Shown here piece after piece: positions 9,570-18,305 of a stretch of 32,000 nucleotides of DNA. The stretch is from Cupriavidus necator (GTDB taxonomy: Bacteria > Pseudomonadota > Gammaproteobacteria > Burkholderiales > Burkholderiaceae), in NCBI RefSeq assembly GCF_016127575.1, contig NZ_CP066019.1, forward strand, positions 2,130,001-2,162,000, written 5' to 3'. A model generated the notes under the pieces. That model saw only the letters and a list, made by a program, of their open reading frames with translations. It was not told the DNA's origin and made no database searches. Made by a program: the position numbers and the translations under genes. How positions within the stretch are numbered: the stretch's first letter is position 1; the number at the start of each line of letters is the position of its first letter.

Positions 9570-9612
9570 GGATGATTGCTTGCTGATGTCGGTAGTTGCT
9601 TGCCGACGGAGT

Positions 9613-9642
9613 GCTCCCTCTCCCGCAAGCGGGAGAGGGAGC
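9613..9642. repeat. REP-like hairpin, copy 2 of 3 (GCTCCCTCTCCCGC-AA-GCGGGAGAGGGAGC followed by AAAC)
   Basis: Read directly. One C shorter in the left arm and one G shorter in the right arm than copies 1 and 3, so pairing is preserved. Lies between convergent DUF779 and the activator gene. Confidence 0.85.
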
Positions 9643-9665
9643 AAACAAGCGGGATCGGAAGGCCT

Positions 9666-11618
9666 TCAGCGCTCCGCTTCCTCGTCGCCCTCCAACCCCT
9701 CCCTCAACCTCCGATAGATCGTATTGCGCGACACCCCCAGCTCACGCGCCGCGTGGCTGACATTGCCGCCGTGCCTGGCGAGCGCCTGCCGGATCAGGCC
9801 TGCTTCCCAGTCGCGCATGCGGGCGGATTTTGATGGCGCCGGCGCCTGCACGGCAGCCGCCGCGTCACAGCGCTCCGCCTCATCGCCGCACTCCTGCTCA
9901 AACCCTTCCGGCAGGTGCTCCACCCCGATCTGCGCCTCCCCTTCCGCCAGGATCGCCGCGGTGCGCAGCACGTTGGCAAGCTGCCGGATATTGCCCGGCC
10001 ACGGGTGCCGGCGCAGCAGCGCCAGCACCTGCGCGTCGACATGCACCGGGGACGGCAGGCCGGCTTCTTCGCACTGCCGCTGCAGGATGCGATCGACCAG
10101 CAGCGGCAGGTCGCTGCGCTCGCATAGCGGCGGCAGGGTCACGGCCAGCGCATTGATGCGGTAGTACAGGTCTTCGCGGAAAGCGCCATCGGCAATCATC
10201 GCGCGCAGGTCGCGGTGGGTGGCACAGACCACGCGCACATCGACCGGCAGCGCGCGGGCGCTGCCCAGCGGGGTGACCGCGCGCTCCTGCAGCACGCGCA
10301 TCAGCCGCACCTGCTGTGCCAGCGGCATGTCGCCGATCTCGTCCAGGAACAGCGTGCCGCCGTGCGCCTGCACGACCTTGCCCTCGCTCCCGCGGCGACG
10401 CGCGCCGGTGAAGGCGCCTTCTTCATAGCCGAACAGTTCGGCCTCGATCAGCGATTCGGGGATGGCCGCGCAGTTGACCGCGACGAAAGGCCCGCCGGCG
10501 CGCGGCGAGGCGGCGTGGATGGCGCGCGCCAGCCACTCCTTGCCGGTGCCGGTGCGGCCCTGGACCAGGATGGTGATATCGCGCCCGCTGACCTTGCGCA
10601 CGCGGCGCAGCACCGCGGCCACCGCTGCGTCGCCGGTATCGAGCGCGGCCAGTGCCGGCGGCAGCGGGTCTTCGGCGCCGGGCTGGCGCACCGCGATGGG
10701 CGCGGCCAGGTATTCGATGCGGGCAAACACCTGCACCCGGCTGGGCAGCGTCAGCGTCTGCAGCGATCCCGCCGCGCCACCGCGCGCTTGCATCGCCGCG
10801 CGCACCGGCTGGCCGAACAGCCCGGCAAAACCGGCGTCCGCCAGCGCGTGCGGGGCCAGCCCCAGCTGGAACAGGCCGCTGCGGTTGGCAGCCAGGAAGG
10901 CGCCGTCGGGCGAGAACGCCGCCACGCCCTCGAACAGCGTGCCGACGAACTCGGGCCGCGCATGGAAGCGCACCAGCAGCGCGTCCGGGAAGTGGTTGGC
11001 AAACAGGTGGTTCTCGATCATCTGCGCCGACATCCGCACCAGCGCCATGGTGTGCCGGTGGAAGCCGCGATGATCGCCGCTGACATCGAGCGCGCCCAGG
11101 ATGGCACCGGTCGGGCTGGCGATCGGCGCGCAGGAGCAGGTCAGCTGGTGGTTGGACTCGAGGAAATGCTCGCTGGCATGGATCAGGGTGGGACGGGCCT
11201 CGGCCAGTGCGGTGCCGATGGCATTGGTGCCCTTGCTCGGCTCCGACCACGATACCCCCGGTGCCAGCGCCACGCGCCGCGCCCGCGCGACGAATTCGCC
11301 GTCGCCCAGGCTGTGCAGGATCACGCCGCTGCTGTCGGTCAGCAGCACCATGCTGTCGGTATTGGCGATCTGCGCGTGCAGGGTCTCCATCACCGGCAAG
11401 GCATGGCGGTACAAGTCGCGGCTGGCGTCCACCAGCTCACCCAGCGCGCGCGGGCTGACGGCATCGAAGCCGGGCGCATGGCGCACATCCAGCCCGAAGC
11501 CGGCCGAACGCGCATGCGCGCGGGCGATCAGGCCAGCGCGGTCGGCATCGGCCGGGTCGACATGGGCAGCCTGGCGGGCAACATCGGAAGGCGCAGCGGG
11601 ATGGGCGGCACGGTGCAT
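9666..11618 (-). CDS. sigma-54-dependent transcriptional activator, AcoR family (GAF sensor + AAA+ + Fis-type HTH)
   Basis: 650 aa. GAF-like N-terminal region (...[11 protein letters not shown]...), AAA+ core (...[19 protein letters not shown]..., GAFTGA, ...[11 protein letters not shown]...), and C-terminal ...[23 protein letters not shown].... Confidence 0.88.
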   Translation of the reverse strand: MHRAAHPAAPSDVARQAAHVDPADADRAGLIARAHARSAGFGLDVRHAPGFDAVSPRALGELVDASRDLYRHALPVMETLHAQIANTDSMVLLTDSSGVILHSLGDGEFVARARRVALAPGVSWSEPSKGTNAIGTALAEARPTLIHASEHFLESNHQLTCSCAPIASPTGAILGALDVSGDHRGFHRHTMALVRMSAQMIENHLFANHFPDALLVRFHARPEFVGTLFEGVAAFSPDGAFLAANRSGLFQLGLAPHALADAGFAGLFGQPVRAAMQARGGAAGSLQTLTLPSRVQVFARIEYLAAPIAVRQPGAEDPLPPALAALDTGDAAVAAVLRRVRKVSGRDITILVQGRTGTGKEWLARAIHAASPRAGGPFVAVNCAAIPESLIEAELFGYEEGAFTGARRRGSEGKVVQAHGGTLFLDEIGDMPLAQQVRLMRVLQERAVTPLGSARALPVDVRVVCATHRDLRAMIADGAFREDLYYRINALAVTLPPLCERSDLPLLVDRILQRQCEEAGLPSPVHVDAQVLALLRRHPWPGNIRQLANVLRTAAILAEGEAQIGVEHLPEGFEQECGDEAERCDAAAAVQAPAPSKSARMRDWEAGLIRQALARHGGNVSHAARELGVSRNTIYRRLREGLEGDEEAER

Positions 11619-11787
11619 GGCGGCGGGTCTCCTGTATCAGCAGGCGGCGCGCGTCGCGGCCGCTGCCTGCCGTCCCGTGGCGCGTGCCGTGCAGCTCAGG
11701 TGCGGCGGCAGGCCGGGCGGCTGTAGTCCGGCAACCTTATCACAGGCTCCCGGCCATGTATTGCCCCCGCGCCATGCCGGGCCGGGG

Positions 11788-12030
11788 TCAGCGTTTTTCG
11801 TCGAGCAGGTCGTTCAGGATTTCGTCGAAGGTGGCCTGGGCATCTTCCAGCGCCTGCAGCGCCGCATCGAACGTCTGCAGCGCAAGCTTGGAAGGCTTGC
11901 CGCTGCCCTGCGGCGGATAGTGGGCCTGCAAGGCGGTGAAGGCCACCTGCACCTGCCGCGTGGCCGCGACCACGCGTTCCATGGCCTGCGCCTCTTCGGC
12001 GCGGTATTGCTCGTGTTTCTGCTCGCTCAT
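11788..12030 (-). CDS. hypothetical 80-aa helical protein
   Basis: The internal ATG at 12030 has GGAG 9 nt upstream. The track ORF extends to 12234, but that extension is Arg/Ser-rich junk. High GC3. MSEQKHEQYRAEEAQAMERVV...; no family recognised. Confidence 0.55.
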   Translation of the reverse strand: MSEQKHEQYRAEEAQAMERVVAATRQVQVAFTALQAHYPPQGSGKPSKLALQTFDAALQALEDAQATFDEILNDLLDEKR

Positions 12031-12080
12031 GCCCGTTTGCTCCGTATGCGCGCCGTCTCGGGAGGGGGTGCGCGCGCGTG

Positions 12081-12152
12081 AATGAGGTATATCGTACAAG
12101 AACTGCGCCGGGCGGCTTGCGCTGCGCGCTCGCGCCTGACAAAAATGAGGTA
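12081..12152. repeat. 9-bp direct repeat AATGAGGTA (12081-12089 and 12144-12152) in the divergent promoter region
   Basis: Exact copies with starts 63 bp apart, read directly, in the 190-bp gap between the 80-aa gene and the hydrolase gene. Confidence 0.3.
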
Positions 12153-12220
12153 GGCTGCGCGGCTGGGCGGCAAGGCCGGCGCTGGTGCGCCCCGCCTGGC
12201 AGCGACACTGAAGACTAGCC

Positions 12221-13138
12221 ATGCCATTGATCACCCGCCGTACGCTGGCAGCCGCGCTGATGACTGCCAGCGGCTTCGCCTGCTACTGGACCTACCTGAC
12301 GCTCAACCAGGAACGGCTGCTGTTCGATGCACGCCGGCGTCCGCCGCGCGACCTGCCCGACGGCATCATTGGCTACTCGCACCTGATCCCCGGCGGCGTG
12401 GTGCGCGGCTACATCTACCATAGCCCCGGCGACAACGTGCGCGACCTGCTGTTCTACCTGCCCGGGCGTGGCGAGGATGTGCTCGAAACGCTGCAGTACG
12501 CGCGCTGGCTGCCCGCCGGCATGGCCTTCGCCACCTATGACTACCGCGGCCTGGGACACTCCGACGGCCTGCCGTCCGAGGGCGCCGCAGTGGCCGACGC
12601 CAGCCAGTTCCTGCTGCATGCGCGGCGTGTCTTCCCCGACACCCGGGTGCATGTGGTGGGCCGCAGCCTGGGCACCGGCGTCGCGATCCAGCTGGCGGAT
12701 CTGCAGGACTTCGACAGCCTGCAGCTGATCACGCCCTACGACTCGCTGCTTGAACTGGTGCGCAAGCGCTTCCCGCTGGTGCCGCTGCGCCAGCTGATGC
12801 GCCACCATTTCGATTCGATCTCGCATTGCAAGAAGGTCGTGCAGAGCACCAAGGTGCTGCTGGCCGAGACCGATGAAGTGGTGCCGCATGAATGCTCGGA
12901 ACGGCTCATGGCTGCCTGGCCCGGCCCGGTGGCGTTGCAGACCGTGCCAGCCACGAATCACTTCACCATTATCGAACGCGAGGAAACCTGGCTGGCGCTG
13001 TGCGAATTTGCCCGGCATCACGGCCAGGCCAGGCTGCGCGTGGCTACAGCCCAGCCCGCACCGCCGGCCGCCACCGGCACGCCGCCCATCGACCATGACG
13101 AGCTCGGCAACCCGCTGCCGCTGGCGGCCGGCCGCTAG
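12221..13138 (+). CDS. alpha/beta-fold hydrolase with an N-terminal membrane anchor
   Basis: 305 aa. Hydrophobic N-terminus, nucleophile elbow GRSLG, and later ...ETDEVVP... / ...NHF... consistent with a Ser-Asp-His triad. Confidence 0.75.
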   Translation: MPLITRRTLAAALMTASGFACYWTYLTLNQERLLFDARRRPPRDLPDGIIGYSHLIPGGVVRGYIYHSPGDNVRDLLFYLPGRGEDVLETLQYARWLPAGMAFATYDYRGLGHSDGLPSEGAAVADASQFLLHARRVFPDTRVHVVGRSLGTGVAIQLADLQDFDSLQLITPYDSLLELVRKRFPLVPLRQLMRHHFDSISHCKKVVQSTKVLLAETDEVVPHECSERLMAAWPGPVALQTVPATNHFTIIEREETWLALCEFARHHGQARLRVATAQPAPPAATGTPPIDHDELGNPLPLAAGR

Positions 13139-13168
13139 CGCCAGTCAGGCAGCGGGTAAAATGCGCGC

Positions 13169-15280
13169 ATGAAAAAAATCGCAGTCAAGGCAGGCGGCGC
13201 CGTACTGGCGCTGGCTGCAGCCGGTGCCTTGCTTGCCGGCTTTGCCGCGGTGGTAAGCCTGCGGCAGCTTCCCGCAGTCGACTCCCTGCGCGACTACCGG
13301 CCCGACGTGCCCCTGCGGATCTACACCAGCGACAATGTGCAGATCGGCGAGTTCGGCAGCGAGCACCGCGAGTTCATCCCCTTCGGGCAGATGCCGTCGC
13401 GCATGGTCCAGGCGCTGCTGGCTGCCGAGGACGACCAGTTCTACGAGCACGAGGGTGTCGACATGCCCGGCGTGCTGCGCGCCGCGCTGGCCAACCTGGG
13501 CCAGGGCTATGCGCAGGGCGCGTCCACCATCACCATGCAGGTGGCGCGCAATTTCTACCTGTCGCGCGAGAAGACGCTGGCGCGCAAGTGGTATGAAATG
13601 CTGCTGGCCTGGCGCATCGACCAGACCCTGCCCAAGGACCGCATCCTTGAGCTGTACATGAACCAGGTCTACCTGGGCGAGCATGCCTACGGCTTCGGCA
13701 GCGCCGCGCATGCGTACTTCGGCAAGCCGCTGGCGTCGTTGTCGCTGGCCGAGGCGGCGATGCTGGCGGGGCTGCCCAAGGCCCCTTCGTCCATCAACCC
13801 GGTGGTCAACTTCCCGCGCGCCAAGCGGCGCCAGGAATATGTGCTGGGCCGCATGCTGGCACTGGGCATGATCAGCCAGGACGACTACCGCGAGGCCCGC
13901 GCCGCGCGCCTGGCAATCTCCGACGACAGCCCCGGCAGCTTTGCCGGGCATGCCGAGTACGTGGCCGAACTCGCGCGCCAGCTGGCGCGCGAGCGCTTTG
14001 GCGACGAGGCCTACACGCGCGGCCTGAACGTCTACACCACGGTGTCGTCGGTGCGCCAGACCCTGGCTTACGATGCGGTGCACGGCGGGCTGGAAGGCTA
14101 CGCGCGGCGCCACCGCAAGTTCGTCAAGGACCTGTCGCAGGGCCCGCAGGGTGCGCTGGTATCGCTGGACAGCGCCACCGGCGCGATCGAGGCGATGGTG
14201 GGCGGCGCCGACTTTGCCACCAGCCGCTTCAACCACGCCACCCAGGCGCAGCGCCAGCCGGGCTCGACCTTCAAGCCCTTCGTCTATGCGGCGGCACTGG
14301 AGCGCGGCGTGTCGCCCGGCACGCTGATCAACGACGCGCCGCTGCCCAATGGTTCGCGCTGGCAGCCGTCCAATGACGACGGGCGCTTTGTCGGCTCCAT
14401 CACCGTGCGCCAGGCGCTGGCGGAATCGCGCAACCTGCCGGCGATCCGCACGCTGCAGGCGATCGGCATCCCGTACACGGTGGAGTTCGCCAGCCGTTTC
14501 GGCTTCGCGCCCAGGCGGCTGCCGCGCTACCTGCCGCTGGCACTGGGCACCGGCACCACTTCGCCGCTGCGCCTGGCCGCGGCCTATGGCGTCTTTGCCA
14601 ACGGCGGCCACCGCATCGAGCCCTACCTGATCGCGCGCATCACCGACAGCGAAGGCAAGGTGCTGTTCTCTGCCGAGTCGGAGGACGCCGCGGACAGCCC
14701 GGCCCCGCCGCGCGTGATCAGCGCCCGCAACGCCTTCGTCATGGACAGCCTGCTGCGCAGCGTGGTCGACGACGGCACCGGCGCCGGCGTGCGCCGCTAC
14801 CTGCGCCGCGCCGACGTGGCCGGCAAGACCGGCACCACCAATGACTCGGTCGACGGCTGGTTCGCGGGCTACGCCGGCGGCGTCGTCACGGTGGCGTGGA
14901 TGGGCTACGACGACAACCGCAGCCTGGGCGAGCATGAGTTCGGCGCCACCACCGCGCTGCCGGTGTGGGCCGCCTATATGGAGGGCCGCCTTGCGGGCGT
15001 GCCCGTGCCTGAAGCTGAAGCGCCCGCCGGCGTGGTCCGCGTGGGAGATGACTGGATGTACGCGGAGTATGCCGATGGCAGCCACGGCATCGCCGCCATC
15101 GGCTTCCCGCCGCCGGCACCCGCGGCGGCGCCGGCGGTCGATCCGGTCGCCAGCAACCTCGGCGGGACCGCGGCGCCGGCCCCGGCTGCCCCCGCGCCGA
15201 CACCTGTCACCAGCGAGACAACTGGCCTGCCGGCGCCCGGCGCTGCCACGCCGGCCGTCCCCGCGGACGCCAGGCTGTAG
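13169..15280 (+). CDS. class A penicillin-binding protein (PBP1A family: glycosyltransferase + transpeptidase)
   Basis: 703 aa. GT51 motif AEDDQFYEHEGVD. Transpeptidase motifs STFK, SRN and KTGTT. N-terminal anchor and a Pro/Ala-rich C-terminal tail. Confidence 0.88.
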   Translation: MKKIAVKAGGAVLALAAAGALLAGFAAVVSLRQLPAVDSLRDYRPDVPLRIYTSDNVQIGEFGSEHREFIPFGQMPSRMVQALLAAEDDQFYEHEGVDMPGVLRAALANLGQGYAQGASTITMQVARNFYLSREKTLARKWYEMLLAWRIDQTLPKDRILELYMNQVYLGEHAYGFGSAAHAYFGKPLASLSLAEAAMLAGLPKAPSSINPVVNFPRAKRRQEYVLGRMLALGMISQDDYREARAARLAISDDSPGSFAGHAEYVAELARQLARERFGDEAYTRGLNVYTTVSSVRQTLAYDAVHGGLEGYARRHRKFVKDLSQGPQGALVSLDSATGAIEAMVGGADFATSRFNHATQAQRQPGSTFKPFVYAAALERGVSPGTLINDAPLPNGSRWQPSNDDGRFVGSITVRQALAESRNLPAIRTLQAIGIPYTVEFASRFGFAPRRLPRYLPLALGTGTTSPLRLAAAYGVFANGGHRIEPYLIARITDSEGKVLFSAESEDAADSPAPPRVISARNAFVMDSLLRSVVDDGTGAGVRRYLRRADVAGKTGTTNDSVDGWFAGYAGGVVTVAWMGYDDNRSLGEHEFGATTALPVWAAYMEGRLAGVPVPEAEAPAGVVRVGDDWMYAEYADGSHGIAAIGFPPPAPAAAPAVDPVASNLGGTAAPAPAAPAPTPVTSETTGLPAPGAATPAVPADARL

Positions 15281-15310
15281 ACTTCCGGCTTTCCACTGTC
15301 CCCGATCCCG

Positions 15311-16564
15311 ATGTCCAGCCACGCCCCGCTGCTGATCTGGTCGGTCGCCGCGCTGACCACGGCCGGCGTCCTGTTCCGCCCGTTCCGCCTGCCCGAAGCC
15401 TTCTGGGCCGCCGCCGGCGCCCTGCTGCTGTGCGTCACCGGCCTGATGACGCTGCCCGACGCGCTGGCGGCGGTGCTGCGCGGCTACGACGTGTACCTGT
15501 TTCTCGCGGGCATGATGCTGATCTCCGAGCTGGCCCGCAAGACCGGGCTGTTCGACCACGTCGCCGCGCTCGCCGTGCGCCGGGCGCGCGGTTCGGCGCC
15601 GCGGCTGTTCCTGATGGTGTACGGCTTCGGCACGCTGGTGACGGCATTCATGTCCAACGACGCCACCGCCGTGGTGCTGACGCCCGCGGTGCTGGCCGCC
15701 ACCCGCGCCGCGCGGGTCCGGCATCCGCTGCCCTACTTGTACGCGTGCGCCTTCATCGCCAATGCCGCCAGCTTCGTGCTGCCGATCTCCAACCCGGCCA
15801 ACCTGGTCATCTTCGGCACACGCATGCCGCCGCTGGCGGGCTGGCTGGCGAGCTTCGCGCTGCCGTCGCTGGCCGCGGTGCTGGCCACGCTGGCAGCGCT
15901 GTGGTGGACCCAGCGCGCGGCGCTGGCCGAGCCCATCGAACATGACGTGCCGGTGCCGCCGCTGTCGCCGCAGGCCCGGCTGACCGCGCTGGGCATCGTG
16001 CTGACCGGGCTGATCCTGCTGGTGGCCTCGCTGCGCGGCAACGACCTGGGCTGGCCGACCTGCGCGGCGGGCGTGGCCACGCTGCTGCTGGTCTGCGCGA
16101 CCCGGCGCGAGCTGCTGGTGCCGGCGCTGCGCGAGGTGTCATGGGGGGTGTTGCCGATGGTGGCGGGGCTGTTCGTGCTGGTCGCGGCACTGGAGCAGAC
16201 CGTGGTGATCGGCCAGCTGGCCGATGCCGTCGCAGCGGCGTCGCGCGACGGCGGCGCACTGGCCCTGCTGGGCGTGGGCGCGGTGGTGGCGCTGGCGGGC
16301 AATATCGCCAACAACCTGCCGGCCGGCCTGATCGCCGCCTCGGCGCTGGCGGGCGGACATGCCTCGCATGCCGTGACCGGTGCCGTGCTGATCGGCATTG
16401 ACCTTGGCCCCAACTTGTCCGTCACCGGCTCGCTGGCCACGCTGCTGTGGCTCACGGCGCTGCGGCGCGAAGGGCATATGGTCAGCGCCGGCCAGTTCCT
16501 GCGCGTGGGGGCCGTGGTGATGCCGGCAGCGATGCTGCCGGCACTGGCGCTTTTGCTGCTTTAG
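15311..16564 (+). CDS. ArsB/NhaD-superfamily anion permease
   Basis: 417 aa polytopic membrane protein. ...LVTAFMSNDATAVVLTP... and ...LPISNPANLVIFG... are typical of the ArsB/NhaD family. No arsR or arsC nearby. Confidence 0.8.
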   Translation: MSSHAPLLIWSVAALTTAGVLFRPFRLPEAFWAAAGALLLCVTGLMTLPDALAAVLRGYDVYLFLAGMMLISELARKTGLFDHVAALAVRRARGSAPRLFLMVYGFGTLVTAFMSNDATAVVLTPAVLAATRAARVRHPLPYLYACAFIANAASFVLPISNPANLVIFGTRMPPLAGWLASFALPSLAAVLATLAALWWTQRAALAEPIEHDVPVPPLSPQARLTALGIVLTGLILLVASLRGNDLGWPTCAAGVATLLLVCATRRELLVPALREVSWGVLPMVAGLFVLVAALEQTVVIGQLADAVAAASRDGGALALLGVGAVVALAGNIANNLPAGLIAASALAGGHASHAVTGAVLIGIDLGPNLSVTGSLATLLWLTALRREGHMVSAGQFLRVGAVVMPAAMLPALALLLL

Positions 16565-16573
16565 GCCGCTGGC

Positions 16574-16765
16574 TCAGCTGGTAGCGGCGTCATTGGCCGC
16601 GGGGGTGTTGGCGGCCTGCGGCAGGGGCCGGCGCAGGCCGGTCGCGCCATGGCGCACGGCACTGGCGTGGTGTTCCGCCACGCCAGTTTCCACCGGCGTG
16701 GCCGGCAGCGGCACTGTGACCACATGGAGCAGCATCAGGCTGCTGCACGGAAAGGCAATCGGCAT
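16574..16765 (-). CDS. possible small (63-aa) hypothetical protein
   Basis: ATG start and about 83 percent GC3 by hand count, but the wobble positions are shared with a plus-strand shadow ORF. SD is weak. Hydrophobic N-terminus followed by a His-containing, Ala/Pro-rich tail. No family recognised. Confidence 0.25.
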   Translation of the reverse strand: MPIAFPCSSLMLLHVVTVPLPATPVETGVAEHHASAVRHGATGLRRPLPQAANTPAANDAATS

Positions 16766-17057
16766 GATGACGTTATTCCCGACAAAGAGTCAGGCCGCGC
16801 GCTGCAGCGGCCGGGTGCCGGCGGCTTTATGGCGGGCTGCCTGGCGTTGTGCAGACATTATGTGCGCTTGTCGGCGTTGTGCGGCGCGGGCTTTAGCGAT
16901 GTCATGAACTATTCACGGAGCAACGTCGGCTTGTGGCGTAATCGGCCCACCGCGCCGCACCTTGCCATGCCCCGTGCGGGTTGTGAGGCCACGGCATCTG
17001 CCATATAGTGAATCCGGCACACCCGCTGCGCAGTCATCCATCCCACCACGCATAACC

Positions 17058-17807
17058 ATGACCAGCAAGGACGCGGCGCACCGCGCGAAGGACAGCAACG
17101 CCGGCGACGATGCCGGCCACCCCCACGCCCCCAGCGTCTCCGCCCGCATCCGCGCACGGCTCGAGGCCGCGCAGGAGCGCTTCCACGCCAACGACAATAT
17201 TTCGCACCACATCGAGCCGGGCGAGATGGAGCAGCTTCAGGCCGAAGTGCAGGCGCGCCTGGAGGACGTGCTGCGCGCGCTGGTGATCGACGTCGACAAC
17301 GACCACAACACCCAGGAAACCGCGCGCCGGGTCGCCAAGATGTACCTGAAGGAGATCTTCGCCGGCCGCTACGCCAAGGCGCCGCCGGTGACCGAGTTCC
17401 CCAACGTCGGCCAGCTCAACGAACTGATGATCGTCGGCCCGCTGCGCGTGCGCAGTGCCTGCTCGCATCACCTGTGCCCGATCATCGGCAAGCTGTGGGT
17501 AGGGGTGATGCCGAACCAGCATTCCAACCTGATCGGCCTGTCCAAGTACGCGCGGCTAGCCGAATGGATCATGTGCCGGCCGCAGATCCAGGAAGAGGCG
17601 GTGGCACAGGTCGCCGACCTGCTGCAGGAAAAGATGAATCCCGACGGCCTGGCCATCGTGATGGAAGCCGAGCACTTCTGCATGCACTGGCGCGGCGTGC
17701 GCGACACCGATGCCAAGATGACCAACAGCGTGATGCGCGGCTCGTTCCTGAAGGACGACAGCCTGCGCCGCGAGTTCCTCACGCTGCTGAACCACAACCG
17801 CGGCTAG
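17058..17807 (+). CDS. folE: GTP cyclohydrolase I (type IA)
   Basis: ...ETARRVAKMYLKEIFAG..., Zn-ligand motifs ...SACSHHLCP... and ...EHFCMHWRG..., and ...IGLSKYARLAEWIMCRPQIQE... align with E. coli FolE from memory. The start at ATG 17058 is chosen over the track start at 16962 and lacks a clear SD. Confidence 0.85.
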   Translation: MTSKDAAHRAKDSNAGDDAGHPHAPSVSARIRARLEAAQERFHANDNISHHIEPGEMEQLQAEVQARLEDVLRALVIDVDNDHNTQETARRVAKMYLKEIFAGRYAKAPPVTEFPNVGQLNELMIVGPLRVRSACSHHLCPIIGKLWVGVMPNQHSNLIGLSKYARLAEWIMCRPQIQEEAVAQVADLLQEKMNPDGLAIVMEAEHFCMHWRGVRDTDAKMTNSVMRGSFLKDDSLRREFLTLLNHNRG

Positions 17808-17852
17808 GCCGCACGCCCCGCCCACCAGCCGCCACAACCGAGCGCCACGCCC

Positions 17853-18296
17853 ATGCTAGTCCGCCTGCTCTATGCCAGCCGTGCCCGCCAGGCCATCGAC
17901 GCCGCCCTGCTCGACGCCATCCTGGCCACCAGCCTGGAACGCAATCCGCGCCACGGCATCACCGGGGTGCTGTGCCACGGCAACGGCATCTTCCTGCAGG
18001 CGCTGGAAGGCGACCGCCAGGACGTATCACAGCTGTTCCAGGCGATCGCACGCGACCCGCGCCACCACGACGTGACCCTGCTGCATTTCGAGGAAACCTG
18101 CACGCGCGACTTTGCCGGCTGGGCGATGGGCCAGGTCAATGCGGCGCGCATCAACACCGCCACCCTGCTCAAGTTCTCGGCGCGCGCCGAACTGGATCCG
18201 TACCGCACCTGCGGTGCGGCGTCGCTGGCCTTGCTCAAGGAGCTGATCGCCGGCGCGTCAGTGGTGTCGCGCACCGGCGAACGCGGACGGCACTGA
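17853..18296 (+). CDS. stand-alone BLUF-domain blue-light FAD photoreceptor
   Basis: 147 aa. LLYAS...NPRHGITGVLC...FLQALEG...DPRHHDV...FAGWAMG. Y7/Q49/W90/M92 have the same spacing as AppA Y21/Q63/W104/M106. Only a short helical C-terminal extension, no output domain. Confidence 0.9.
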   Translation: MLVRLLYASRARQAIDAALLDAILATSLERNPRHGITGVLCHGNGIFLQALEGDRQDVSQLFQAIARDPRHHDVTLLHFEETCTRDFAGWAMGQVNAARINTATLLKFSARAELDPYRTCGAASLALLKELIAGASVVSRTGERGRH

Positions 18297-18305
18297 GCCT
18301 CGCCG

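Noticed and set aside
15090-15280. The Pro/Ala-rich tail of the PBP as a possible DNA tandem repeat or separate element.
   Set aside because: It is low-complexity at the protein level only. I see no exact nucleotide repeat unit, and such tails are common in high-GC PBPs.
13145-15943. A very long minus-strand ORF (932 aa). Similar long alternative-frame ORFs occur at 543..1631-, 2638..4083-, 7462..9222-, 10215..11726+, 17474..18427+, 20131..21930-, 22048..23199-, 23518..25032+ and 26924..28174+.
   Set aside because: The translations are Arg/Gly/Ala/Pro/Gln-rich low-complexity strings with no recognisable motifs. Each is fully overlapped by a gene in another frame that has clear family signatures. 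Long shadow ORFs are expected in DNA of this G+C content because stop codons are rare.
15311-16564. Annotation as an arsenite efflux pump or arsenic-resistance locus.
   Set aside because: No arsR, arsC, arsA or arsH is nearby. The ArsB/NhaD superfamily includes many non-arsenic anion permeases, so only the family call is kept.
16766-17057. A possible folate (THF-II / folE-motif) riboswitch or Zur box in front of folE.
   Set aside because: I cannot match the sequence to the riboswitch consensus from memory. The ATATAGT-containing stretch is not palindromic like a Zur box. A covariance-model scan is needed, so no claim is made.
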